From IMG/VR virus record IMGVR_UViG_3300045051_001511: a stretch of 64,000 nt of DNA; one strand, given 5' to 3'. Source of the stretch: an uncultured virus (IMG/VR IMGVR_UViG_3300045051_001511). Taxonomy: Duplodnaviria; Heunggongvirae; Uroviricota; Caudoviricetes. The stretch's first letter is position 1, and each line of letters begins with the position of its first letter. Of this stretch, positions 43,597 to 53,098 are shown one piece after another. The position numbers were made by a program, and so were the translations under genes. Below the pieces are notes generated by a model, which saw nothing but the letters and a program-made list of their open reading frames with translations, did not search any database and was not told the origin of the DNA.

Positions 43597-43863
43597 CTAC
43601 TGGCCGGGAGCTTCTCCCGGCCTTTTTGTCGCTATTACCTTGATCTGGATGGTCCCGAGCGCCGGGCCTCGGGCCACGCCGATGCAGTAGTCTGCGAGCC
43701 CGCCAGCCTCCATCTCGCGCCAGGTCTCAGCCCAGGAAGGGAGAGCCCTCGCCCGGTCGACGCCGCAGCCCAAGGACCAGAGCCAGTCGGCGAAGGCGGT
43801 GAAGCCGGCGAGGTTGATCTCCTCGGCATGGGTCATGCCGGGGGCCTTGTAGGAAATGGTCAT
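43597..43863 (-). CDS. Hypothetical protein
   Basis: Convergent 88-aa ORF at the prophage end. Confidence 0.4.
   Translation of the reverse strand: MTISYKAPGMTHAEEINLAGFTAFADWLWSLGCGVDRARALPSWAETWREMEAGGLADYCIGVARGPALGTIQIKVIATKRPGEAPGQ
43602..43627 (+). terminator. Intrinsic terminator ending the late operon
   Basis: GGCCGGGAG-CTT-CTCCCGGCC-TTTTT. Confidence 0.75.
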
Positions 43864-44141
43864 GCTTGAATCATGGCGAATTCCCTCCCCGGCTTCAATC
43901 GCCGGGCCTCCTCTTGCGCGTATTTGTGGGCATGATCTATCTTGACCCAAGGCAATACCAGATAGCGCCGGAAACCTTGAAGGAAGCCGAGATACTTGCT
44001 AACCTCATAGAGGAGTTACGCCATAGCCTTATAGCAGAAAGCGAGCGGGTTTCGACATAGGTTTGCGCCTATTCTGGCGGTTCCGGGTCTTTTTTAGATG
44101 CTTTTTTGTAAACTTTGGGCGCTTTATCCGCCCTAGGGGCT

Positions 44142-44180
44142 AAAAAGGCTTTCGTAACTCCTTGTTACGAAAGCCTTTTT
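44142..44180. repeat. Perfect 17-bp inverted repeat (bidirectional terminator / att-region element)
   Basis: AAAAAGGCTTTCGTAAC-TCCTT-GTTACGAAAGCCTTTTT. Confidence 0.8.
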
Positions 44181-44235
44181 CTTTTCACTGCTCGAAACAC
44201 TTCCCGAAACTATTCCTCTAGGCTAGATTCTGGGC

Positions 44236-45429
44236 ATGGGACGACCTGCAAAAGATATCCGCCACAAGCTCGATGGGGCCTCTGGGCGCTTCATGGTGAG
44301 TTTCGCGGAGAGCCCTGGCGCATATCACATGACGCCGGAGGACGACCTCGAGAAGGCCCTCGCCTGGGCCCGGAGGAACAAGAATAGGATCCTTTCCGCA
44401 CCTAAAAAGCCGCTCTTCATCCGTGATCTCGCTCCCGGCTTCTTTGATCCGGACGGGGTCTGGTATAAGGATCAGGTTCTCAAGGGTCGATCGATGACCC
44501 CCAAAAGTCTGTCAATCCGCCAGGCCCACATCATCAACTACATCGTTCCCTTGCTAGGAGATTTCGATATCCGCGACCTCACAGGCGAAGCAATAGATAG
44601 GGCAATTCTGGACGCTGAACGATTCACGGCCAGGAATGGGGAAAAGACTCCAACGGCTATGAAGCCCTTAGCCCGCGGGACGCGATCCAAGCTTCTCTAT
44701 TCCGTAAAGCTTATGTACGACCGCTGGATCTATCTGGGGCTCGTCCGGGAGAATCCTACCGCAGGGATTGTGAAATACTCAAAGACTCCCGAACGGCCCC
44801 GCTCCGCCCTCCCGGAGGAAGTACTCGATAGGCTCTTCCCACCAACCCACGGAGAGCTGGTGAGGGTCTGGGGCTCTGCGATGTGGGGCGCTTTGATGTT
44901 GACCCTATACGATACCGGCGCGCGTCCTGGAGAGGTCAGGGCGCCTCGCTGGAAGGCGTACTATCCCGACGAGAGATACCTACCGATAAAGATTGCCATC
45001 GAGTCCGGAACCGTGGGTAAGGAAAAGGGAACCAAGACCGACAGCATTCGCCCTGGGTACCTTCAGTTCCGCACCGCTCAAGAGCTCGCCATCTGGAGAG
45101 CCGAGTCCCGCTTCAATAGCGATGACGATTATATATTTACTGCTACTGGGAAAACGCCGATTTCAGATGCCGCAATTGGCAAAGCTTTCGAGCGCACCTT
45201 AAAATCTCTTGGCTATGATGCAACAGGTTGGACGCCTTATTGGCTGAGGCATACCTTCGTTACCCATGCCCTCGAAGTACTTGATGACTCAGATGTAATG
45301 ATGATGGCCGGGCACTCGAACATGGTGACCAACCAGATATACCGGCACGCAGACGATATAATCATGCTCAACAGATCACGCTCGATCCGAGATAAGCTGG
45401 ACAATTTGACATCGAAACTGGATTCATAA
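44236..45429 (+). CDS. int: Tyrosine recombinase / phage integrase
   Basis: TGARPGE, KT, YWLRHTF, AGHS, Y. Confidence 0.9.
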   Translation: MGRPAKDIRHKLDGASGRFMVSFAESPGAYHMTPEDDLEKALAWARRNKNRILSAPKKPLFIRDLAPGFFDPDGVWYKDQVLKGRSMTPKSLSIRQAHIINYIVPLLGDFDIRDLTGEAIDRAILDAERFTARNGEKTPTAMKPLARGTRSKLLYSVKLMYDRWIYLGLVRENPTAGIVKYSKTPERPRSALPEEVLDRLFPPTHGELVRVWGSAMWGALMLTLYDTGARPGEVRAPRWKAYYPDERYLPIKIAIESGTVGKEKGTKTDSIRPGYLQFRTAQELAIWRAESRFNSDDDYIFTATGKTPISDAAIGKAFERTLKSLGYDATGWTPYWLRHTFVTHALEVLDDSDVMMMAGHSNMVTNQIYRHADDIIMLNRSRSIRDKLDNLTSKLDS

Positions 45430-45480
45430 TTGACGGATTCTTATTACCTTCGCATACTATCCTTGTTTTATAAATAGGAA

Positions 45481-46047
45481 GTGATTATGAAGCTTACAGG
45501 CAAGAAGCTCCTGCTCTTGTTATTGATGCAGTCATATTCCGATAGCGGCAGCTTGCCTATCGCGGGTCGAACGCGCCTCATGAAAATGGTTTTCCTCTTC
45601 GAAAAGGAACTCTGGCCAGAGATAAAAAAAGAACGCCCGTCAGATGAATTCGTCCTCCCAGAATTTTTCGCTTGGAAATATGGACCATTTTCTTCCGAGC
45701 TTCTAGATGATTTGGAGTTCCTTGTAAACAGGGATTTCGTGTGCGTCCAGAAAGGATCCCGCGTAATTAATGAAGAACTCGAAGAATATGAATATTGGCT
45801 AGATTCCGGGCAAAATGAAAGTTCTGAATACGTGGGAGAAGAGTTTTCCTTGACGGGCAAAGGGGACGAAAAAGCGAAGGAAGTCTGGGACGCCCTTTCA
45901 GATTCACAGAAGGCGCTCATTAAGGATTTCCGAGAAGTCCTAGCAAAGGCGTCGTTAAGCAAGATTCTAGAATACGTGTACAAAAAATACGAAAAGGAAG
46001 GCTTTACCGGTCGCTCCCTCATACGCGATCGATATCTTAAATCATGA
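45481..46047 (+). CDS. SocA/Panacea (DUF4065)-like winged-helix protein
   Basis: GRTRLMKMVFL, FFAWKYGPFS, ILEYVYKKY. Confidence 0.65.
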   Translation: MIMKLTGKKLLLLLLMQSYSDSGSLPIAGRTRLMKMVFLFEKELWPEIKKERPSDEFVLPEFFAWKYGPFSSELLDDLEFLVNRDFVCVQKGSRVINEELEEYEYWLDSGQNESSEYVGEEFSLTGKGDEKAKEVWDALSDSQKALIKDFREVLAKASLSKILEYVYKKYEKEGFTGRSLIRDRYLKS

Positions 46048-46556
46048 CAACAACAATCGGCTGGATTCTTGCGGGACTTAATGTTCTGCTCACGATCCTC
46101 CTTGCCACCATTCGGAATGCTGACGAAAAAAACGAATGCCTCAAGGACGTAATTCGCGAAGAACTAAAAATGGCCTATAATGAATCTTTCGATCATGACA
46201 TGCAAACAGAGGCCGAATGGCGAAATATAGGGGCAAGTTCCGATCGTTCTTCAAGACTGGCACGTCTTCATTTCTCCCTCCTCAATGACTATTCTACAAT
46301 ATACAGAACAGGCAATTTGATTAGGCACGGTCTGCGAATAGCAATAATGCTTCTCATACTCTCCGTTGCTAGTGCCGTTTCCGCAGCAATCTTCATTACG
46401 CCATTGGTACCGAAAAGAATTGCGGCTGAAATCATCTTCTCAATTGTTATTCCCTTTCTTGGCTTCGTTATCCAACTCTCACTTCTAGGAGCACTGGAGC
46501 TAAAAGCAAGAACGGCTCGCGAGCTTACAGGCCGCTATACCCGCAAGGAATATTGA
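46044..46556 (+). CDS. Membrane protein (3 predicted TM)
   Basis: Hydrophobic segments; ATGA coupling. Confidence 0.7.
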   Translation: MTTTIGWILAGLNVLLTILLATIRNADEKNECLKDVIREELKMAYNESFDHDMQTEAEWRNIGASSDRSSRLARLHFSLLNDYSTIYRTGNLIRHGLRIAIMLLILSVASAVSAAIFITPLVPKRIAAEIIFSIVIPFLGFVIQLSLLGALELKARTARELTGRYTRKEY

Positions 46557-46557
46557 T

Positions 46558-46959
46558 ATGAATGAAAGCTTCATCACCGAGTCCGTATGCAAACAACTAC
46601 TTCTTGACGGATATAGTGTCGCTACTGAGGTCGCAAATTTTCATCGCAGCGCCGATATTGCCGCAATTGGACCACGCGGCGAAGTCCTTGTAGTTGAATG
46701 CAAATTATCAGACATCAAACATGCCTTGGTCCAGACCGCGACCCATCAAGTATCTGCTGATCTGGTAATGGTCGCTACTTATCGTAGAGAACTAAGGCCA
46801 CTTACAATTAGCCAGATAAAAGAAAAAGGTGTAGGTCTTTTCTTGGTAGACATCTCTGGTAAGGTTGAATTAGCATGGCCGCCCAAATCATGTGAAGCAA
46901 CATGGCCTCTTCGAAGAGAGCAATTAAGAAAACGAATCCTTGAGGAGCAAGTAAAGTGA
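46558..46959 (+). CDS. Small PD-(D/E)xK nuclease-fold protein
   Basis: E...SADIAA...VVECK...ALVQ...GVGLFLV. Confidence 0.65.
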   Translation: MNESFITESVCKQLLLDGYSVATEVANFHRSADIAAIGPRGEVLVVECKLSDIKHALVQTATHQVSADLVMVATYRRELRPLTISQIKEKGVGLFLVDISGKVELAWPPKSCEATWPLRREQLRKRILEEQVK

Positions 46960-48323
46960 CCCACGTACTTCATTACAACACACATGCTGAGAGACGCTAT
47001 TTTCTTGGAACAGATCGCGATCATTACGACTTAATCGGGCTGAATGGGAATATTGTTTCCCATTCGCCGGCAGGTGTCGCTGCCTTTCTTGCAACAGCCG
47101 CAAAACCATTCTACATTGATCCCCAGACACATGCTTTCCAGCATGCGACAATACATCTCAAGCGCCCGGTTTCCGGATCCGGCAAAGGATCAATTCTCGA
47201 ATTCAAGCCTTCTGTTGTTCGCCTTGCCAACGAACGGTTGGGCGAACCGTTCGCTACTGTTATTCGGGAGGACCGCCCCCTTTCTCCAAACGATTTTCTT
47301 GATTCTCCGAACAGCCCTCGCAAGGATCGAATCGATCAAATTTGTACCTCGGTTCTTGATTTTCAAACACACTTCTTGAGCGACTCCATTGACGCAGAGA
47401 TTAAAGAATTCATGGACGACCCAAAGGCGTTTCTTCCAGAATTCGTTATTGCCCCATATTTCTATCTACCACTTGTTTCATGGAAAGAATGGCTAGCAGT
47501 AAATATCGCATGCTATATTCAGGCAAAGAAAATGCCCTATTCCTTGCCTATTTATCTAGCACTGGTTTTGCCACATAGACTCCTAGAACAGGCCGACGAA
47601 ATATTCGAGGACATCGTCATGTCTCTCAAATCTGTAGATGGCTTCCTTTTGTGGATTGATGAGCAGGAAGAAGAGAGTCTCACAGAAAAGCAGATAAAGG
47701 ACTATATCAGTTTCCTAAAGAAGCTAAATAGCCTCAGTCGAAATGTAATAAATATTCATGGAGGATATCTCTCGACTCTCCTTTGTCATCATGAGGCCGG
47801 CCCCCTGCTTTCTGGTGTAGGTCATTCTGCGAATTACGGAGAGCACCGAGAAGTCGTTCCAATTGGCGGAGGAATCCCACGGGCACGTTTCTACCTAATG
47901 AAAGCCCACTCGCGACTACGGTATTCAGAAGCAGCGGAAATCGTCGTACCCAAAAAATGGCTAATCTCAGACGCAGCATATCGTAACAATGTCTGCGACT
48001 GTAAACAGTGCAACGAATTGATCAGAAAGTTAGGTGACGCCGAATCTGCTTTCAATGCTTACGGTGCTAGCAAAGTGACAGTCGTCCCTTCTCGTGGTTC
48101 GATATTGCGATTCGAGTATCCAACTCCAGAAGCAAAAGAGGCTGGAATTCGACATTATCTCTGTAATAAATTCGAAGAAATATCACGCCTAGATCGGATT
48201 CCTTTGACAATATTAGTCAAATCCCTCGAGGACGCTTATAAGGAAATATCCGAGGTTACCAATGGAGAATATGTTTCACATCTTGAGATATGGAAACGAG
48301 CACTTCTGGCCGCCTTTTTTTAG
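46956..48323 (+). CDS. TGT-like / beta-protein-like TIM-barrel protein with CxCxxC...H site
   Basis: FYIDPQT, IAPYF, VCDCKQC...RHYL. Confidence 0.5.
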   Translation: MTHVLHYNTHAERRYFLGTDRDHYDLIGLNGNIVSHSPAGVAAFLATAAKPFYIDPQTHAFQHATIHLKRPVSGSGKGSILEFKPSVVRLANERLGEPFATVIREDRPLSPNDFLDSPNSPRKDRIDQICTSVLDFQTHFLSDSIDAEIKEFMDDPKAFLPEFVIAPYFYLPLVSWKEWLAVNIACYIQAKKMPYSLPIYLALVLPHRLLEQADEIFEDIVMSLKSVDGFLLWIDEQEEESLTEKQIKDYISFLKKLNSLSRNVINIHGGYLSTLLCHHEAGPLLSGVGHSANYGEHREVVPIGGGIPRARFYLMKAHSRLRYSEAAEIVVPKKWLISDAAYRNNVCDCKQCNELIRKLGDAESAFNAYGASKVTVVPSRGSILRFEYPTPEAKEAGIRHYLCNKFEEISRLDRIPLTILVKSLEDAYKEISEVTNGEYVSHLEIWKRALLAAFF

Positions 48324-48373
48324 CGACCCAAGCATATCAATCGTTATCCATAAGGATGCTTCCGGAGGCTTTC

Positions 48374-49012
48374 ATGAAAAAAACAATTAGCAATTATTTT
48401 TCTGGTATGGACCCAGTTAAGCTTGACTTGATGGATATTGGAAATATTGTTGAAATAGTGCAATCAGTATGTGAAACCGTCGAAATAAGCACTAGTGGAG
48501 TTGTCTTTGATAATGTTGAAGATATTAAAAATCTTCAAATAGAAACATTAACAGAATTGAAAATAGAAGGATATAGTCCTTATATTTCTCTTGAATTTTC
48601 CCCTTCAAGAATCTGGCTATATATTGCTGAAGATACTCCCATTAGTAGGGGAGCGCTAGAGCAGGTGCGTACGGTATTATTAAAAAGTCGCCATAGGTTT
48701 TGGATACTTATAAAGAATTCCCGGAAAATAACGATACTCCTTATTCTTTTTATTGTATTTTTATTTTCATTTAATCTGGGTTCAAATAAGCCCAACGTAA
48801 TAATTAATTATTTAGATATAATATTAAGTATCTGCTGTATTCTAGTTTGGATAACATGCAGCCCAATCCTACGCAAAAAATATTCTCAAATATTCATTTT
48901 GGAAAGAAAGAACAATTCCTTCTGGAGAAAAAAGAGGGACGATATTAAGCTTGCAGTATTCACTGGAATACTAGGAATAATAGCTGGATACATTATTGGA
49001 CTCATAACCTAA
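48374..49012 (+). CDS. AT-rich membrane protein
   Basis: RBS GGAGG; three C-terminal hydrophobic helices. Confidence 0.65.
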   Translation: MKKTISNYFSGMDPVKLDLMDIGNIVEIVQSVCETVEISTSGVVFDNVEDIKNLQIETLTELKIEGYSPYISLEFSPSRIWLYIAEDTPISRGALEQVRTVLLKSRHRFWILIKNSRKITILLILFIVFLFSFNLGSNKPNVIINYLDIILSICCILVWITCSPILRKKYSQIFILERKNNSFWRKKRDDIKLAVFTGILGIIAGYIIGLIT

Positions 49013-49060
49013 ATATCCCTGCTATTTATATGAGCTGCTCCACAGATTGCGCCTATGATA

Positions 49061-49294
49061 CTATTTCGTCTTGCCATCCAACACTGGCGGTCTGCATATC
49101 GAACAAGGCCCTAACCCTCTGGTAACGGCGTCTCCTAGAGAAATCGAAATGCTAGACTTCGACAGATATCGACAGCCTGCCAAGTGGTACTTCAACCCTG
49201 TTTTAGTCGTGTGGACGATGGTATTCGCTGCAGCGGCAAAGACGAAGGCAGCAATCAGTATTCCCGCAACGACAAGTGCAATCTTTCGTCTCAA
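49061..49294 (-). CDS. Small secreted Zn-binding (Ada-like) protein
   Basis: Signal peptide; TKTGLKYH..GC...PCSICRP. Confidence 0.7.
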   Translation of the reverse strand: MRRKIALVVAGILIAAFVFAAAANTIVHTTKTGLKYHLAGCRYLSKSSISISLGDAVTRGLGPCSICRPPVLDGKTK

Positions 49295-49393
49295 CTTAAT
49301 ACCTCGTATTATTTATATCTAGTACAATTAATGTGGCCCCAGTCCCGCCCTTATCAAAGATCCGCTTGATCAGCTCCTATACGTCCTCAGCCC

Positions 49394-49810
49394 CTACTTC
49401 CTCGCTAGAATTGCGATGAGGTGCACGGTAGATTCCGCCGGAACCGTCCAATCGAAAACGTAAAGATATTGATTCTCAGAAATGGGTTGAATATATATAT
49501 CACTATCCTTCCCGCCTTGAGGTTGAAGGTATATTCCATTCTTTGTGGGGCGATAGAAGGCATTTACCTTTGACCCATCTTGAAGCGTCAGAATTGCCAT
49601 TCCGGAATCATTGAAAAGGAAAGAGACAATAGGTTGAGCTGCTCCTTGCCCGACAAAGGGAGCAAGACCCGGATCATCCCCGAAGTAAATTTCTCCGAGT
49701 TGATGCTGGAATTGTTTTTCGACATTCCAGGTGCCGGCGAGATTCAGGCTTTGGGTATACGCTGAGAGGCATAAGAACACGGCGATGGAAATAAGTACGG
49801 CCTTTTTCAT
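49394..49810 (-). CDS. Secreted beta-rich (lipocalin-like) protein
   Basis: Signal peptide; LAGTW motif. Confidence 0.6.
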   Translation of the reverse strand: MKKAVLISIAVFLCLSAYTQSLNLAGTWNVEKQFQHQLGEIYFGDDPGLAPFVGQGAAQPIVSFLFNDSGMAILTLQDGSKVNAFYRPTKNGIYLQPQGGKDSDIYIQPISENQYLYVFDWTVPAESTVHLIAILARK

Positions 49811-49868
49811 AATCCCCCGCTAACTATCCGGAAGCAAGGTTATCGATCACAAACGCATCATTCTTAAC

Positions 49869-50621
49869 CTAACTCGAAGGCCTAGCTCCACGGACGCGAA
49901 ATGGTTTTAGTGTATCTAGTTTATCGAAAAGATATGGAAATGCTTCTCCGTATCTCTTGAAATAGAGGCTCGGTTCGATGTGGCTTTTGCTTGCGTCGTC
50001 GATTATGATCTTCCTAACATCAGCGATAAGTTCCTCGTCTTCAACAAGCCCCGCAGGAGTTAGTTTTCTTCTATATAAGGGCAATATTTTCTTTTCGAAC
50101 AGCTCACCGATTTTGTCCATAGGCACCAATAGGCGTTCCAAGGCATTCGTCGGCAGGTGGTCAAATAACTGAAAACCGGCGATGATGCCTTCGTTCATTT
50201 TCTCATCGACGTTAGAAGACGGTTCGTTAACGAAGTTCTCTAGGAATCGAATTGCCTTGGGTATGGTCTGAACGTACTCACCACGAATGCCGTCCATTTT
50301 CTTGTCAACCATATGCAACAATTCATGGGCAATTGTTGTCTTCCTCGCTTTTTTTGACTCGAGGTCTTCGTATTTGAGACCTTTTTCAAGAACTAGATAG
50401 TGCATTATTTTTGAAGAAACATCCGGTCTGTAAATATACATCCCTGCAATTTCGTCGTCTTTTTTCTTTGAGAAATCCGCGTATGAAACGATAAGCCGTT
50501 CATTCTCAGAAAAAATAATGCCGTCTGCACTACCCGAGTAGGCGGGCAGCGAGACGGTCATTACATGAAAACTTTGTCCGGCAATATCTTCGAGTAGAAT
50601 ATTAAGGTTTTTGAAATTCAT
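49869..50621 (-). CDS. HExxH metallopeptidase (ImmA/IrrE-like)
   Basis: RKTTIAHELLH...LLVP. Confidence 0.6.
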   Translation of the reverse strand: MNFKNLNILLEDIAGQSFHVMTVSLPAYSGSADGIIFSENERLIVSYADFSKKKDDEIAGMYIYRPDVSSKIMHYLVLEKGLKYEDLESKKARKTTIAHELLHMVDKKMDGIRGEYVQTIPKAIRFLENFVNEPSSNVDEKMNEGIIAGFQLFDHLPTNALERLLVPMDKIGELFEKKILPLYRRKLTPAGLVEDEELIADVRKIIIDDASKSHIEPSLYFKRYGEAFPYLFDKLDTLKPFRVRGARPSS

Positions 50622-50624
50622 TTC

Positions 50625-50819
50625 CTACTCGATGATGAATTTTTCCCCAGACGCCTCTAGCTTAGCGTTGAGTTCCTGCGAACGATCAAAAATGCCGCTA
50701 CCAAAAACGCTTTCCATCGCAGTCACAACACCGGAAGCGGTCAGTTTGGGCGAGCAAAACTTCACGTCGGCAACGCCGAAGCTTTCCGCTCGGGCTTCCA
50801 AGCTACCCTGTGCTTCCAT
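50625..50819 (-). CDS. Small hypothetical protein
   Basis: RBS AAGGAG; stop 3 bp from the peptidase start. Confidence 0.55.
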   Translation of the reverse strand: MEAQGSLEARAESFGVADVKFCSPKLTASGVVTAMESVFGSGIFDRSQELNAKLEASGEKFIIE

Positions 50820-51074
50820 ATTCACTCCTTATGCGAATACACCTATGCAGCAAAGGGCTCTAACCCGTTGCTGATCTAATTCACTCTCTAGTAATTCTAT
50901 CGAGTTAACCTTAACGCTTTTGCCTACAAAGGTCTATTACCGCTTGACAAGCCCTAATAACGTCACTTTAGGGTCGCCGCTCGGCCCGGTCAAGCTAGAA
51001 ATGCGATTTAGTGCCATATTATGGCAATTTTTCTTCATTTTTGCGAATTTTATACCGGAGCTAACCATTCGGGG

Positions 51075-51734
51075 CTAGTACGGATGCGCATGCACCCATC
51101 CGTACACTTTACCTACGACCTCTACCGCCTGCCCGTCCGCCGATTCGATCCTATCCGGATACCTAGGATTTTCGCTCATGATCCTCAGCTTTTGGGAAAT
51201 CTCGTCGAACTCGACACGCTTGACGATCAGGGAATCGTTTACGCGGAGGACATAGATCCCGTCGCCTCGGATTGAACCAGGCACGAAAACGACCAGGTCA
51301 CCGTCGAAGATCTCGACCCCGGTCATGGAATCGCCTCGGACCTCGAGGGCCCTGGCCCGGGAGGGGTCAGCACCGCGGAGCATTCGCTTCAGGAAGGGGA
51401 GCGTCCCGACCACCTCGGCACTCTCCAGGATCTCCTGGCCGCGGCCGGCGGCGACCTTCTGATTGAGGATGGGCACCGCGTAGATGTTTGGGTCGGGGTC
51501 AATGCACTGGGGAGGCGCAGCGGCCGTTTCTTCTTGCCCTTCGCCGGTTATTAGATACTCGACGGTTGTCCCTAAGGCCTTCGCAACTTTTACAATGACA
51601 TCGGCGGTTGGGTAATTCCGCCGGTTCTTCCAGGATCCGATTGTTCCCGCAGGAATATCAAGATCTGCTGCAATTGCCTTGCGAGTGAGCCCATGGCGGT
51701 CGAGTTCGACCTCCAGCCTTTCCCAAAATTCCAT
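51075..51734 (-). CDS. CI-like repressor (XRE HTH plus S24 peptidase)
   Basis: HTH; VAAG cleavage site; GDSM and VKR catalytic Ser/Lys. Confidence 0.92.
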   Translation of the reverse strand: MEFWERLEVELDRHGLTRKAIAADLDIPAGTIGSWKNRRNYPTADVIVKVAKALGTTVEYLITGEGQEETAAAPPQCIDPDPNIYAVPILNQKVAAGRGQEILESAEVVGTLPFLKRMLRGADPSRARALEVRGDSMTGVEIFDGDLVVFVPGSIRGDGIYVLRVNDSLIVKRVEFDEISQKLRIMSENPRYPDRIESADGQAVEVVGKVYGWVHAHPY

Positions 51735-51830
51735 ACTGCAATTATCGTCCATTTCGTGCAATCATATGCAATCTTTTGCACTTGACTTTATTGCATTTGC
51801 AATCGATACTATGAATATGGATTGCAATAG
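51735..51830. promoter_or_regulatory. cI/cro divergent promoters with TGCAAT operators
   Basis: TTGACT(51782)-17-GATACT; palindrome ATTGCA-TT-TGCAAT in the spacer; several more TGCAAT half-sites. Confidence 0.75.
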
Positions 51831-52059
51831 CGATACTAAGTCGCAACCGCGACGCCCGATCTATGCCGATCTCACTCCAGATGAACAGGCAAGGTTCGAA
51901 GCATTCCTCGAGGTTCGGGGAGCCAAAAAGGGGCCCTTCACCAGGCAGCTCATCCTCCGGGAAATGGCAGCCGCAGACCATTCCGGCATGGCGGAGGACC
52001 TCCCTGCAACGCTTGGCGACCTCCGCGGATGCGGCGGCTCTGCTCGGGAGGGGAAATGA
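51817..52059 (+). CDS. Cro-position small regulator
   Basis: First gene divergent from cI; RHH-like pattern. Confidence 0.55.
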   Translation: MDCNSDTKSQPRRPIYADLTPDEQARFEAFLEVRGAKKGPFTRQLILREMAAADHSGMAEDLPATLGDLRGCGGSAREGK

Positions 52060-52232
52060 AGCGCTTCTCATCTAGCATCAATGCTTCGACCCCTTCCCAC
52101 CTAGCCATCCCGGGTGCAGATCGTGCCCTTTGCGGGCTACCCCTCAAGGGGCTCTGGGCAATTGCCCAGGACATGGCTTCCTGTTATGTGACCTGCAAGA
52201 AATGCGCTCGCTCCGAAGCGAGGATCGCATGA
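52056..52232 (+). CDS. Small putative Zn-binding protein
   Basis: HLA...ALCG...VTCKKC; paralog of 728..943. Confidence 0.55.
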   Translation: MKRFSSSINASTPSHLAIPGADRALCGLPLKGLWAIAQDMASCYVTCKKCARSEARIA

Positions 52233-52345
52233 AGAGCTATGCCGAGCTCATTGGCTATATGCGCCTCTTTCACCTCGGGAAGCTCGATCGCGCTGAGCTG
52301 GTCGCGGCTATCGCCCTCTGGCAGCATTCCGGGGCCCCAAAATGA
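52229..52345 (+). CDS. 38-aa hypothetical protein
   Basis: Paralog of 940..1056. Confidence 0.7.
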   Translation: MKSYAELIGYMRLFHLGKLDRAELVAAIALWQHSGAPK

Positions 52346-52662
52346 GCGACGTTGCCACCAGCCGCCCGGATCCCGCCAACGTCGTCCTAGTGAATACCTG
52401 GCTCATGGACCATATCGAAGCCCTCGAGCGCGAACGCGGAGAGCGCCGCATGAATGCCTCAGAGGCAGCTCGTGCCCTTGGGTACGATGATCGCTACTTC
52501 CACGGGAAGCGCCCCATTCGATACCCGCAATTCACTTTGGGTTTGTACCCCCTCCGCGACTGGAAGGCCTGGAACCTCGGCAAAACAGAAGCTGAGCGTC
52601 AGGCCGAATGGGACGAGATGCCTCTCAAAGAACGCAAGCGTCGCCTTGGGATCCACGTATGA
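52342..52662 (+). CDS. Hypothetical phage protein
   Basis: Paralog of 1049..1354. Confidence 0.7.
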   Translation: MSDVATSRPDPANVVLVNTWLMDHIEALERERGERRMNASEAARALGYDDRYFHGKRPIRYPQFTLGLYPLRDWKAWNLGKTEAERQAEWDEMPLKERKRRLGIHV

Positions 52663-53096
52663 GCTGGGACCTCTTCGTCGCATTCGATGTCCTTGGCATC
52701 CCCAAGGCCCAGCCAAGGGCAAAGGCTTTCGCCCGCGGGGGACATGCCGCCGTCTATAACCCGGCGACGGCTGAGGGCTGGAAGGGCTGCATCGCCCTCG
52801 CCGCCCGAGAGCATCTTCCCCGAGTGCCGCTCGATTGCCCCATCCGCCTTGGGCTGACAGTGTTCTTCCCTCGTCCCAAGTACATGCTCGCTCGGAAATA
52901 CCCTGGAGGCGCAATCCTCCACACGGCAAAACCGGACTCAGACAACACCAAGAAAGCGGTAATGGACGCCCTGACCCAAATCGGCATGTGGCGGGATGAT
53001 GCCCTCGTCTGCTCGTGGTTCGGGGACAAATACTACGCAGCCCGAGGCCAAGCTTCTGGGGCGCTCATTCAAATCTTCGTCCACAAGGAGGACTAA
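52659..53096 (+). CDS. rusA: RusA Holliday junction resolvase
   Basis: PKAQPR, KPDSDNTKKAVMDALT, WRDDA. Confidence 0.9.
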   Translation: MSWDLFVAFDVLGIPKAQPRAKAFARGGHAAVYNPATAEGWKGCIALAAREHLPRVPLDCPIRLGLTVFFPRPKYMLARKYPGGAILHTAKPDSDNTKKAVMDALTQIGMWRDDALVCSWFGDKYYAARGQASGALIQIFVHKED

Positions 53097-53098
53097 GC

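Larger units (their letters stand above)
1..44100 (+). mobile_element. Prophage A (siphovirus-like, left end outside window)
   Basis: Co-oriented early, replication, terminase, portal, capsid, tail tube, tape measure, tail fibre, amidase and holin genes. Right boundary approximate. Confidence 0.9.
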
